NCBI GenBank assembly: GCA_034003985.1
Contig: JAVEXP010000001.1
Location: 155,347-219,346, forward strand
Direction: 5' to 3'
Length of the DNA: 64,000 nucleotides
DNA from: Patescibacteria group bacterium
GTDB lineage: Bacteria; Patescibacteriota; Patescibacteriia; Buchananbacterales; UBA6539
Below, one piece after another: positions 8,082 through 16,660 of this stretch. Numbering within the stretch: position 1 is the first letter of the stretch; each line of letters opens with the position of its first letter. The translations under genes were made by a program, and so were the position numbers. The notes under the pieces were generated by a model. It searched no databases. It saw only the letters and a list, made by a program, of their open reading frames with translations, and had not been told where the DNA came from.

Positions 8082-8898
8082 AAAAATTAAAAAACCAAGG
8101 GTGGCAATCGTTGGACTAACTTGTTGCGAGGGCTGTGAATTTGCAATTTTGGATTTGGGTCAGAGGTTTTTGGAACTAGCCAAGTATGTTGAGTTAGTCG
8201 AGTTTCGGATGATAAAAGACGATCCGCCAAAACCCGGACCTTATGATATCTGTTTTGTGGAAGGTTCGGCAGTAACCAAAAAGAATGTTGAGATTTTAAA
8301 AGAACTGCGGCGGGTGTCCAAAAAGCTGATTGTGCTAGGCAACTGCGCTCATACCGGCGGAATTCATCGGATGAAGAATTGGATTGGACGAGTTCAGGCA
8401 TTGGGGCAAGTATACGATAAGCCCCGGGGGATTGATAACCCGCCGATTGTACCGATTGCCGAAATTGTCAAAGTGGATTTTACCATCCCGGCTTGTCCGA
8501 TTAACGCCGAAGAATTTTTAATTATTGTAAAACAATTGTTGGCCGGGCGGGAGCCGTTTATTCCCCAAAATCCGGTTTGTTTCGAATGCCAGATTAACGG
8601 TTATGAGTGTTTGCTACAGCAAGGCGAACTTTGTTGCGGGCCAATCACTTTGGGCGGTTGCCAGGCTGTTTGTCTAAAAAGCAAACAGCCATGCTGGGGT
8701 TGCCGAGGTTTACTTGAAGAACCGGATGTTGATAAGTTTGTCCGTAATTGTTTTTTGACCGGTCATACTATTGAAGAAATTGAAAAAGTTTTGGAGGTGT
8801 TTGGAGTTAAAGATGACTGGATTGATCAGGCCAAACAAGAATGGCAATCGCTTCAAAAATCAAAAGCCTTAATTAAGATAACCGGGAAAGAAAAATAA
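8074..8898 (+). CDS. [NiFe] hydrogenase small subunit, group 3 (delta/HydD-like).
   Basis: Proximal FeS cluster motif VAIVGLTCCEGCEF, GNCAHTGG, and further C-rich motifs (CFECQINGYEC and CQAVC). Confidence 0.8.
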   Translation: MPKKIKKPRVAIVGLTCCEGCEFAILDLGQRFLELAKYVELVEFRMIKDDPPKPGPYDICFVEGSAVTKKNVEILKELRRVSKKLIVLGNCAHTGGIHRMKNWIGRVQALGQVYDKPRGIDNPPIVPIAEIVKVDFTIPACPINAEEFLIIVKQLLAGREPFIPQNPVCFECQINGYECLLQQGELCCGPITLGGCQAVCLKSKQPCWGCRGLLEEPDVDKFVRNCFLTGHTIEEIEKVLEVFGVKDDWIDQAKQEWQSLQKSKALIKITGKEK

Positions 8899-8906
8899 TT
8901 AAAATT

Positions 8907-9512
8907 ATGGAATGTTCAAAATGTAAAACTAACAATGATGACAAATCAAAGGTTTGTCGAATTTGCGGCGCTGATTTAACGATGGTGCCGGCCGCAATTG
9001 ATTTCAAGGCGGGAACTGAATCAAGCTCGGCGGCGGAAAAATATCAAGGGTTGGGTGGGTGGCTAATACTGGTAGGGCTAGGTTTAATTAGCGCTCCCTT
9101 AATGATTGGCTGGGCGTTGTATCAAGATTTTTTGCCGCTGGTTTTGGAGTCCCAGGTCTGGCAGACTTTAACTTCTCCAGGCAGTCTGATTTACAGTTCA
9201 TTGTGGAAGCCAACCTTAATGATGGAGGTAACCGTTAACATTATATTTTTTGTTTGGACAATATATCTGCTGGTTTTATTTTTCAGGAAGAGCGCGCATT
9301 TTCCTAAATTGTATATAATTTTTTTGGCGGTGAATTTATTATTTTTAATGATCGACGATATTTTACTTTTTCAGATCAGGCGCCAATTACCGATTCTGGG
9401 TCAGACTGTTGGTGAACAAAAATTTAGTTCATTGTCAGCGGTTTTGCCAACAGTTATTTGGATACCATATATGCTGAATTCCAAAAGAGTAAAACAAACT
9501 TTTGTTAATTAA
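8907..9512 (+). CDS. Membrane protein with an N-terminal zinc ribbon (CxxC...CxxC) and 4-5 transmembrane helices.
   Basis: MECSKCKT...VCRICGADL followed by hydrophobic helices. Sits between the small and large hydrogenase subunit genes. Confidence 0.5.
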   Translation: MECSKCKTNNDDKSKVCRICGADLTMVPAAIDFKAGTESSSAAEKYQGLGGWLILVGLGLISAPLMIGWALYQDFLPLVLESQVWQTLTSPGSLIYSSLWKPTLMMEVTVNIIFFVWTIYLLVLFFRKSAHFPKLYIIFLAVNLLFLMIDDILLFQIRRQLPILGQTVGEQKFSSLSAVLPTVIWIPYMLNSKRVKQTFVN

Positions 9513-9518
9513 TCATTT

Positions 9519-10805
9519 ATGAAGATTAGAATTGATCATTTGGAAAAAATGGAGGGTCACCTGGATTTTGTCGGTGATATTTTGGCTGGTGATGTCGCCA
9601 GCGCCAAAATAAAAACGACGGAAGGAATCAGGCTGATTGAGAGTATTTTGGTTGGTCGCAAGTATTATGACGCGCCAATCATTACGGCCAGAATTTGCGG
9701 GATTTGTCCGGTAGTTCATTCGTTGAATATGATTAAGACAGTCGAAAATGCTTTTGGCATTAAACCCAGTCAGCAGACTATTAAATTGCGGAAACTAATG
9801 GAGTTCTCACAAGTCATTCACAGCCATGCTTTACATTTGTATTTTTTGTCGATGCCGGATTTTTACGGAGTAAGAGATGATATTGACTTTATTAAACAAA
9901 ATCCAACCCAAGCCTCGGCGGCTATCAAAATTAGGGAATTTGCTTTGAAGATTTTGGAGGTGGTAGCCGGTCGGGCTATTCATCCAATTGCCTGCGAAGT
10001 CGGCGGCTTTAAAATTTTGCCCAGCCAGGAACAACTTAAAGAATTGTTGAGGAATTATAAAGAAACAATGGTCGCCGCGATGGAATTGATGGTGTTTGCG
10101 GCCAGATTGCCCTTGCCGCAGTTTGAACGCCGGATGGAATTTGCCAGTTTGTATTCGCCGGATGAATATGCGATTTATGACGGTCGGATAAAATTTTTGG
10201 ACGGCAAGATTATTAAGTCCAGTAAGTATGCCAAGGTAATAGATGAATATCAGTTGCTGGCGTCAGCAGCGAAGCGAGCAAATTATCAAGGTAAAAGCTA
10301 TATGGTAGGCGCTTTGGCCAGGCTTAATATTAATCATGACAAGTTGAGCAAGGAAGCCGCCGCCGTAGTTAAAGATTTAAAATTGAAATTTCCAATTTAT
10401 AATACCTTTGCCAATGTTTTGGCCCAAGCGATTGAAGTGGTTCATGCTATGCAAGAAGCCGGTAATTTACTGAGTGATTTGGCCGATAATTTGAAATTTG
10501 AAGAAAGCCGGGGCCATAATTTGGCTTTGATTGCCGATGCTAATCCCCAAGGTAGAGTTACGGTTGGCTATTCGGTAATGGAAGCGCCGCGGGGGATATT
10601 ATATGACATGGTAGAAATAAATGCCGATGGAGTAATCACTAGATCGGATATCATTACGCCGACCGTTCAATATTTAAACAATATCGAGGAGGATTTAAAA
10701 GTTTATTTGCCCAATTTAAAACAGTTATCAGACCGCCAGCGGCGGCAAAAAATTAAGACTTTAATCAGAGCTTACGATCCTTGTATTTCGTGTGCTACCC
10801 ATTAA
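9519..10805 (+). CDS. [NiFe] hydrogenase large subunit, group 3. It ends exactly at the DPCxxCxxH motif with no C-terminal extension.
   Basis: N-terminal L1 motif RICGICPVVHSL. C-terminal L2 motif DPCISCATH is immediately followed by a stop. Confidence 0.9.
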   Translation: MKIRIDHLEKMEGHLDFVGDILAGDVASAKIKTTEGIRLIESILVGRKYYDAPIITARICGICPVVHSLNMIKTVENAFGIKPSQQTIKLRKLMEFSQVIHSHALHLYFLSMPDFYGVRDDIDFIKQNPTQASAAIKIREFALKILEVVAGRAIHPIACEVGGFKILPSQEQLKELLRNYKETMVAAMELMVFAARLPLPQFERRMEFASLYSPDEYAIYDGRIKFLDGKIIKSSKYAKVIDEYQLLASAAKRANYQGKSYMVGALARLNINHDKLSKEAAAVVKDLKLKFPIYNTFANVLAQAIEVVHAMQEAGNLLSDLADNLKFEESRGHNLALIADANPQGRVTVGYSVMEAPRGILYDMVEINADGVITRSDIITPTVQYLNNIEEDLKVYLPNLKQLSDRQRRQKIKTLIRAYDPCISCATH

Positions 10806-12039
10806 TATGATTGATAATCTATTCTTTTTGATTATTTTAATTCTAGTTTCCGCTTTTTTCTCCGCTTCGGAAATCGCGATTTTTTCTTTGTCGCAAGCTA
10901 AAATAAAATCCTTAGAGAAAAAGAAAGTCCGTAACGCCAAGCAACTGGCGGCTTTGCGCGCTAAACCTCAGCGGTTATTAATTAATATTTTGATTGGCAA
11001 TAATTTGGTTAATATCGGTGCCTCGTCGATGGCGGCCGTGATCGCCTGGCAAATTTTTGGCAATATCGGTCCGGCGATTGCCACTGCTGTTTTAACGATT
11101 TTAATTTTGGTTTTTGGTGAAATTGGTCCCAAGACTTTGGCTTCGGCCAATGCCGAAAGGTTTTCTTTGGCAATCGCGCCGATTTTAACTTTGATTGATA
11201 TTATTTTTCGCCCGGTTTCCATTTGGTTTGAGTTTTTTAACAAACTGGCAATTAAATATCTGGCCGGCGGCCGGGCTCGACCGTCAATGACCGAAGAGGA
11301 ATTGACTGCTTTGGCCGAAATCGGCGCGGAAGAAGGAGTGGTTGAACCAAAAGAAAAAGAAATGATTAAACGGATTTTGGAATTCAATGATATTAATGCT
11401 GAGGATGTAATGAGGGTTAGGAGTGATATTTTTGCCTTGCCTCAGAATTTAACACTGAGACAGGCTTTGTCTGAAATTAATGAAGCTCATTATTCCCGCG
11501 TGCCAATTTTTGAGAGAACTATCGACAATATTACGGGGGTGATTTACCTGCCAGACATTCTTCGAGAATTGACCGCCGGTAATGATGATTTGCCAATTTT
11601 GAAGATTTCTCGCAAACCTTATTTTATTCCATTACAAAGGAAAATCGATGACATTTTTAAGGATTTTCAGCGCCGCCACAATCATATTGCAATCGTTCTG
11701 GACGGCCAGGGCAATACCGCCGGACTGGTGACTTTGGAGGATTTGTTAGAAGAGATTGTCGGGGAAATTATGGATGAGTCTGATGTGGACGAATCATTGA
11801 TAAAGCGAATTGACAAGAAAGCAATTTTGGTTGATGCTCAAACAGAAATTAGAAATATTAATAATTTTTTCAATATCAATATCCCCGGCCAGCCTCATGA
11901 CTTTGTGGCCGAAGCTTTTCTGGAAAAATTTGGACGAATTCCCAAACCGGGGGACGAGGCTTTGTTTGAAAATTTTAAAATGGTAATTGAAAAAGCGACT
12001 AAGAAAAAAATTGAAAAGATAAGAATAATTAAATTTTAA
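10792..12039 (+). CDS. HlyC/CorC (CNNM) family transporter-associated protein: DUF21 membrane domain, CBS pair and CorC_HlyC domain.
   Basis: 4-TM N-terminus with a conserved GExxPK motif, CBS domains, and a C-terminal transporter-associated domain. Confidence 0.8.
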   Translation: MLPINMIDNLFFLIILILVSAFFSASEIAIFSLSQAKIKSLEKKKVRNAKQLAALRAKPQRLLINILIGNNLVNIGASSMAAVIAWQIFGNIGPAIATAVLTILILVFGEIGPKTLASANAERFSLAIAPILTLIDIIFRPVSIWFEFFNKLAIKYLAGGRARPSMTEEELTALAEIGAEEGVVEPKEKEMIKRILEFNDINAEDVMRVRSDIFALPQNLTLRQALSEINEAHYSRVPIFERTIDNITGVIYLPDILRELTAGNDDLPILKISRKPYFIPLQRKIDDIFKDFQRRHNHIAIVLDGQGNTAGLVTLEDLLEEIVGEIMDESDVDESLIKRIDKKAILVDAQTEIRNINNFFNINIPGQPHDFVAEAFLEKFGRIPKPGDEALFENFKMVIEKATKKKIEKIRIIKF

Positions 12040-12040
12040 T

Positions 12041-12301
12041 ATGCACGATTTGCACGCGGCTGATCAAATTCTAAAATTGGTTTTAGCTCAAGCCAATGAT
12101 CACGGATTATTGAGGGTGAAAAGTATTGTTGTTGAACTTGGCAGTATGATTGAACATGGTGAAGAGATAAATCCGGACAATCTAACTTTTAATCTTAAAT
12201 TGTTGGCCAAAAATACCCCAGCCGAAGCCATGGCAGTAACAATCAACAAAGTTCAAGGGGGTAATTGGAAGCTGGTGGAAATTGAAGGAGACAATAATTG
12301 A
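12041..12301 (+). CDS. hypA: HypA-like hydrogenase nickel-insertion protein, truncated. The N-terminal Ni-binding domain (MHD...) is present but the C-terminal CxxC/CxxC zinc finger is absent.
   Basis: MHDLHAADQILKLVLAQANDHGLLRVKSIVVELGSMIEHGEEINPDNLTFNLKLLAKNTPAEAMAVTI aligns with the HypA N-terminal domain. The protein is 86 aa with no cysteines. Confidence 0.6.
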   Translation: MHDLHAADQILKLVLAQANDHGLLRVKSIVVELGSMIEHGEEINPDNLTFNLKLLAKNTPAEAMAVTINKVQGGNWKLVEIEGDNN

Positions 12302-13305
12302 TAATTAAGATGGAAGAAGAGAAAATAGAACAACCAGATCAAACCGCTGATTTGTCTAACCAGTCCGACTATTGGGATGATTATACCAGGCAAATGCGAT
12401 CTCATAATATTGGGGTGGTTGAAAGAGATGGTGGTTTTTATGTTGATACGCCCGAAGGTGAGGCGGCAGTCAGGCTGCCCGTCAGTCATGAGGCAATGCT
12501 GGATCAGGCCGAACGGGTCGGTCAAAGGGAGAGTTTAGTTAAAGCCCGTTTGACTAGCGAACAAGCTCCGCTGGCAGCTTGGGTTCAGGAAGGACGAAAG
12601 CAGATGGAACAAAATCAGTCGGCTTTTGCTGAGGCAAAAAACGCCGAGGATATTATGAGGGAATTAACCAGGCAAGGTAATTTATTGGTAGCTGAAAATA
12701 TTGTCGGTAAACTTAGGGGTTTTCCTGATCAGGCGAAAAGGTTTGTGATCCCGTCGAATGTTATTTCCGAAGTTGCTTCGGCTTTTGAGAAGTTGGGATA
12801 TTATGTTAAGAGGGTGTCGGGCAAAGGCATTTTTGTCCAAGGCGATTTTGCCGCTTACGCGTTTTTAAACGCTGACAAAGTTGAACAAGGAAATTTAGCA
12901 GAAGAAATGATTGATGATGATGGTGACGATGCGGGTGATGGGTCGTCGGGGCGGGACGGAAAGAAAGGAAAACCAACACAAGCGATGAAAGGAAAGTTGG
13001 GACCGAAATCATTTGGGCAGGGAGGTAAAGTTGGTGGTTTGGCAAAAGGTACTGGTAAACATGCCAACGGCCCAGTATCTTTAAGGAAACCGGGGGAGGC
13101 TGATGTTAATATTGGAAATGAGCCATTGGTAATTACCGAAACGGTGGTACCGATGACGGCGCTGTCTTCGCAGCCAAATATTACTTCCCATACCAAAACG
13201 GCAACGAGTCCAGAAGTCGCCGCTTCTCAACCAAGTGTGTCAAGTGGCACTAATTCGGCCGGCGGCGGAATGCCAACTGTCACTCCCGGTCCGGGCGCGG
13301 GCTAA
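12298..13305 (+). CDS. Hypothetical protein with an acidic patch (DDDGDDAGDG) and a Gly/Lys-rich, low-complexity C-terminal half.
   Basis: 335 aa ORF with no recognisable domain. Confidence 0.4.
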   Translation: MIIKMEEEKIEQPDQTADLSNQSDYWDDYTRQMRSHNIGVVERDGGFYVDTPEGEAAVRLPVSHEAMLDQAERVGQRESLVKARLTSEQAPLAAWVQEGRKQMEQNQSAFAEAKNAEDIMRELTRQGNLLVAENIVGKLRGFPDQAKRFVIPSNVISEVASAFEKLGYYVKRVSGKGIFVQGDFAAYAFLNADKVEQGNLAEEMIDDDGDDAGDGSSGRDGKKGKPTQAMKGKLGPKSFGQGGKVGGLAKGTGKHANGPVSLRKPGEADVNIGNEPLVITETVVPMTALSSQPNITSHTKTATSPEVAASQPSVSSGTNSAGGGMPTVTPGPGAG

Positions 13306-13355
13306 AAATATTATTAGTGCAGCAGGATCAATAATATGTTATAATAAAATTTGTT

Positions 13356-14585
13356 ATGAATCTAAAATCAATCAAATCGGTTAAAAATTTGAAAGGCAAA
13401 ACCGTAATGTTGAGGGTGGCTTACGATGTCCCATTGAAGAAACAAGGCAAGGGCTGGGCGGTGGCCGATGATCGTCGAATTGCCGAAACTTTGCCAACTA
13501 TTAAATATTTGCTGCAGCAACATTGCAAGATTGTAATTTTATCTTGGCTGAAGCGGCCTGGTGGTGAAGTGGTTGATAAATATCGCCTGGATCCGGTGGC
13601 TAAAAATCTTGGGATATTATTAAAGAAACCGGTTAAAAAGTTGGATGACTGCGTTGGTCCGAAGGTTTATCAGGAAATCAAAAATTTGAAAAACGGCGAA
13701 ATTTTAATGTTGGAGAATGTTAGATTTTATCCCGAAGAAGAAGCGGCCAACAAGATGTTTGGGGCTTTGTTGGTTCATGGCATTGACCTGATTGTTTTTG
13801 ACGCTTTTGCCCAAGCTCATCGGATTCACTCTTCCACGACGGTGATTACCAAGCTATTGCCAACTTATTCCGGGTTTTTGTTGGAAAAAGAATTGAAAGC
13901 TTTGGGTCAAATTAATAAAAGCCCAAAACGGCCGTTGGTAGTAATTTTGGGCGGGGCAAAAATATCAGACAAGATCGATGTTTTGCAGGAGTTGTTGAAA
14001 ATAGCTGACAAAGTTTTAATCGGCGGCGGGATGGCCAATGTTTTTATGAAGGCTAGCGGGATAGCGGTTGGTTCATCTTTTTTGGAAGATATTTTTGTTG
14101 ACAAAGCCAAAAGAAAAAAAGTTAATACCATTAAATTGGCCAGAAAACTTTTGAAAAAATACCGGACGAAAATCGTTTTGCCTGTTGATTTCGTGGCGGC
14201 TAATAAAATTGACCAAAATGCCTTGGTCGAAGTCGTTGATTTAGAAGAGTGCCAACACATTAATTCCCGTTGGAAATTCTTGGATATTGGACCAAAATCA
14301 GTGGCTAACTTTATGGTAGAAATCAAAGCGGCCAAAACGATTTTTTGGAACGGCCCCATGGGTGTGTTTGAAATAGAAAAATTTGCATTTGGCACCAAAA
14401 AAATCGCCCAGGCTGTCGGTCGTAGCAAGGCCATTAGTGTGGTTGGCGGGGGGGATACAGAAGCGGTGATTGGTAAATACAAATTAGAAAAAAAAATCAG
14501 TCATGTTTCGACTGGCGGCGGAGCTAGTTTGGAATTTTTAAGCGGCCGAACTTTGCCGGCATTAAAAAATGTAATTAAAAAATAA
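13356..14585 (+). CDS. pgk: Phosphoglycerate kinase.
   Basis: LKGKTVMLRVAYDVPL at the N-terminus, GGGMANVF, and a Gly-rich C-terminal ATP-binding motif. Confidence 0.9.
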   Translation: MNLKSIKSVKNLKGKTVMLRVAYDVPLKKQGKGWAVADDRRIAETLPTIKYLLQQHCKIVILSWLKRPGGEVVDKYRLDPVAKNLGILLKKPVKKLDDCVGPKVYQEIKNLKNGEILMLENVRFYPEEEAANKMFGALLVHGIDLIVFDAFAQAHRIHSSTTVITKLLPTYSGFLLEKELKALGQINKSPKRPLVVILGGAKISDKIDVLQELLKIADKVLIGGGMANVFMKASGIAVGSSFLEDIFVDKAKRKKVNTIKLARKLLKKYRTKIVLPVDFVAANKIDQNALVEVVDLEECQHINSRWKFLDIGPKSVANFMVEIKAAKTIFWNGPMGVFEIEKFAFGTKKIAQAVGRSKAISVVGGGDTEAVIGKYKLEKKISHVSTGGGASLEFLSGRTLPALKNVIKK

Positions 14586-14595
14586 CAATAAAATT

Positions 14596-15384
14596 ATGGA
14601 AATGCCCATCACTAATGCTAAATCCAATCTCCCAAAACAAATTCTGTTGTTGTTGATAAGTATCCTGGTGGTAATGTTGGTAATAATGTTAGCAGTGATT
14701 ATCAGAAATCAATGGCGAGCATTCGACTATATTGGTCGCAGCGATGAAAGGATATACACCATCACCATCCAGGGTGAAGGAAAGGTAACAGCTATTCCCG
14801 ATATTGCTCAGGTTAGCTTAGGGGTTCAAGCTGAAAAAATAAAAGTTGAGGATGCTCAGCGGGAGAATACCCAAAAAATGAACGACATTATTGCCGCGCT
14901 TAAGGGTCTGAATGTTGAACAAAAGGATATTAAAACTACCAATTATAACATCAGTCCAAAATATGATTGGAATAATGGTACTAGGATCTTACGCGGGTAC
15001 ATTGTCAGTCAGAATGTTACGGTAAAAATCAGAGATTTAGATCGAATTGGCGATATTTTAGACAAAGCGGCCGATTTGGGAGCCAATCAAGTTGGGGGGT
15101 TGAATTTTACGATTGATGAGCCGGAAGTGTTGCGCCAGGAAGCCAGAGAAAAAGCTTTGGCCAGCGCCAAGGCCAAGGCTGAGAGCCTGGCCAAAGTTGC
15201 CGAAGTAAAATTGGGCAAATTAGTTTCCTTTAATGAAAGTGGCGATAATTATGATTATCCTTACTACTTGGAATCACAGGCCATGATGATGGATTCATTG
15301 AAAGTTGCCGAGGAGACTACGACAATTGAGCCCGGCAGTCAGGATATTACGGTTAATGTAACAGTCACTTACGAAGTATTATAA
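14596..15384 (+). CDS. SIMPL-domain (DUF541) protein with an N-terminal membrane anchor.
   Basis: SIMPL-family pattern (GxxQVGGLNF and the KAKA helix region). One N-terminal TM segment. Confidence 0.7.
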   Translation: MEMPITNAKSNLPKQILLLLISILVVMLVIMLAVIIRNQWRAFDYIGRSDERIYTITIQGEGKVTAIPDIAQVSLGVQAEKIKVEDAQRENTQKMNDIIAALKGLNVEQKDIKTTNYNISPKYDWNNGTRILRGYIVSQNVTVKIRDLDRIGDILDKAADLGANQVGGLNFTIDEPEVLRQEAREKALASAKAKAESLAKVAEVKLGKLVSFNESGDNYDYPYYLESQAMMMDSLKVAEETTTIEPGSQDITVNVTVTYEVL

Positions 15385-15394
15385 AATATAATTT

Positions 15395-16660
15395 ATGTCA
15401 AAATATAAAATTAAATCAGTTTCGGCTTTAGAGATTTTAGATTCCCGCGGTAATCCGACGGTTAGGGTCAAGATTACTCTTAATAATAGTATTGGCGCCA
15501 GCACATCGGTGCCATCCGGCGCATCAACAGGCATTCACGAAGCCTTGGAATTACGCGACGGCGACAAGGCTCGCTATGGGGGCAAGGGCGTAATCAAAGC
15601 AGTTGATAACATTAACAAAAAAATCGCGCCAAGGTTAATCGGCCAAGATCCGACCAGTCAACGGCAATTAGATGAGCTGATGATTAAGTTAGACGGTACT
15701 AAAAATAAATCGAAATTGGGAGCTAATGCCATCTTAGGAGCATCTTTGGCTTTAGCCCATGTTTCATCAGCAGCTTTGGGCAAGCCATTGTATCAATATT
15801 TGCGTCAGACTTTTCGTTTGCCCTACCGGACTTGGCAGCTGCCGATTCCGACTATGAATATTTTGAATGGCGGCGCTCATGCCGACTGGTCGCTTGATAT
15901 TCAGGAATTTATGATTGTGCCGCGGCAAAAAACTATGGCCCAGCGGATTCGCTGCGGCGCCGAGACATTTCATGAGTTGGCAAAGATTATTAAGTCAATG
16001 GGATATGAAACCCTTAAAGGTGATGAAGGAGGATACGCCCCAAAGCTCAAAGGCAACGAGCAGGCTTTTACGGTTATTATAAAAGCCATTGAAGCCGCCG
16101 GTTATCGGGCTGGTCGGGATGTGAGTTTGGCGATTGATGCCGCCGCTTCGGAATTTTATAATTCCCAAACAAAACTTTATGAGCTTAGGGCGGATCAAAA
16201 GAAAGTGATGGCACAGCAGCTGATTGATTTGGAAGAAAAGTGGCTGGCAAAGTATCCGATTATCTCAATTGAAGACGGTTTGGATCAGGATGATTGGGAA
16301 AATTGGGAAACACTGACCAAACGGATTGGCAAAAAAGTCAGCTTGGTGGGAGATGATTTGTTTGTTACTAATGTCGAGAGGTTAAAGGAAGGAATCGATC
16401 GGAAAGTTGGTAACGCGATTTTAATCAAGCTTAATCAGATTGGTACTCTTTCGGAGACAATTGATGCCATTGAATTGGCTCATCGGCATGGTTATAAAAC
16501 CTCAATATCTCACCGTTCCGGGGAAACTGGCGATACCACTATTGCCGATTTGGCCGTGGCTGTCAACTCGGAATTTATTAAAACCGGTTCATTGTCGAGA
16601 AGTGAAAGGGTGGAAAAATATAACCGCCTGCTCGAAATTGAACAAGAATTAAAAAAATAA
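15395..16660 (+). CDS. eno: Enolase.
   Basis: Enolase N-terminal signature (EILDSRGNPTV), SIEDGLDQDDWE and the LIKLNQIGTLSET signature. Confidence 0.95.
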   Translation: MSKYKIKSVSALEILDSRGNPTVRVKITLNNSIGASTSVPSGASTGIHEALELRDGDKARYGGKGVIKAVDNINKKIAPRLIGQDPTSQRQLDELMIKLDGTKNKSKLGANAILGASLALAHVSSAALGKPLYQYLRQTFRLPYRTWQLPIPTMNILNGGAHADWSLDIQEFMIVPRQKTMAQRIRCGAETFHELAKIIKSMGYETLKGDEGGYAPKLKGNEQAFTVIIKAIEAAGYRAGRDVSLAIDAAASEFYNSQTKLYELRADQKKVMAQQLIDLEEKWLAKYPIISIEDGLDQDDWENWETLTKRIGKKVSLVGDDLFVTNVERLKEGIDRKVGNAILIKLNQIGTLSETIDAIELAHRHGYKTSISHRSGETGDTTIADLAVAVNSEFIKTGSLSRSERVEKYNRLLEIEQELKK

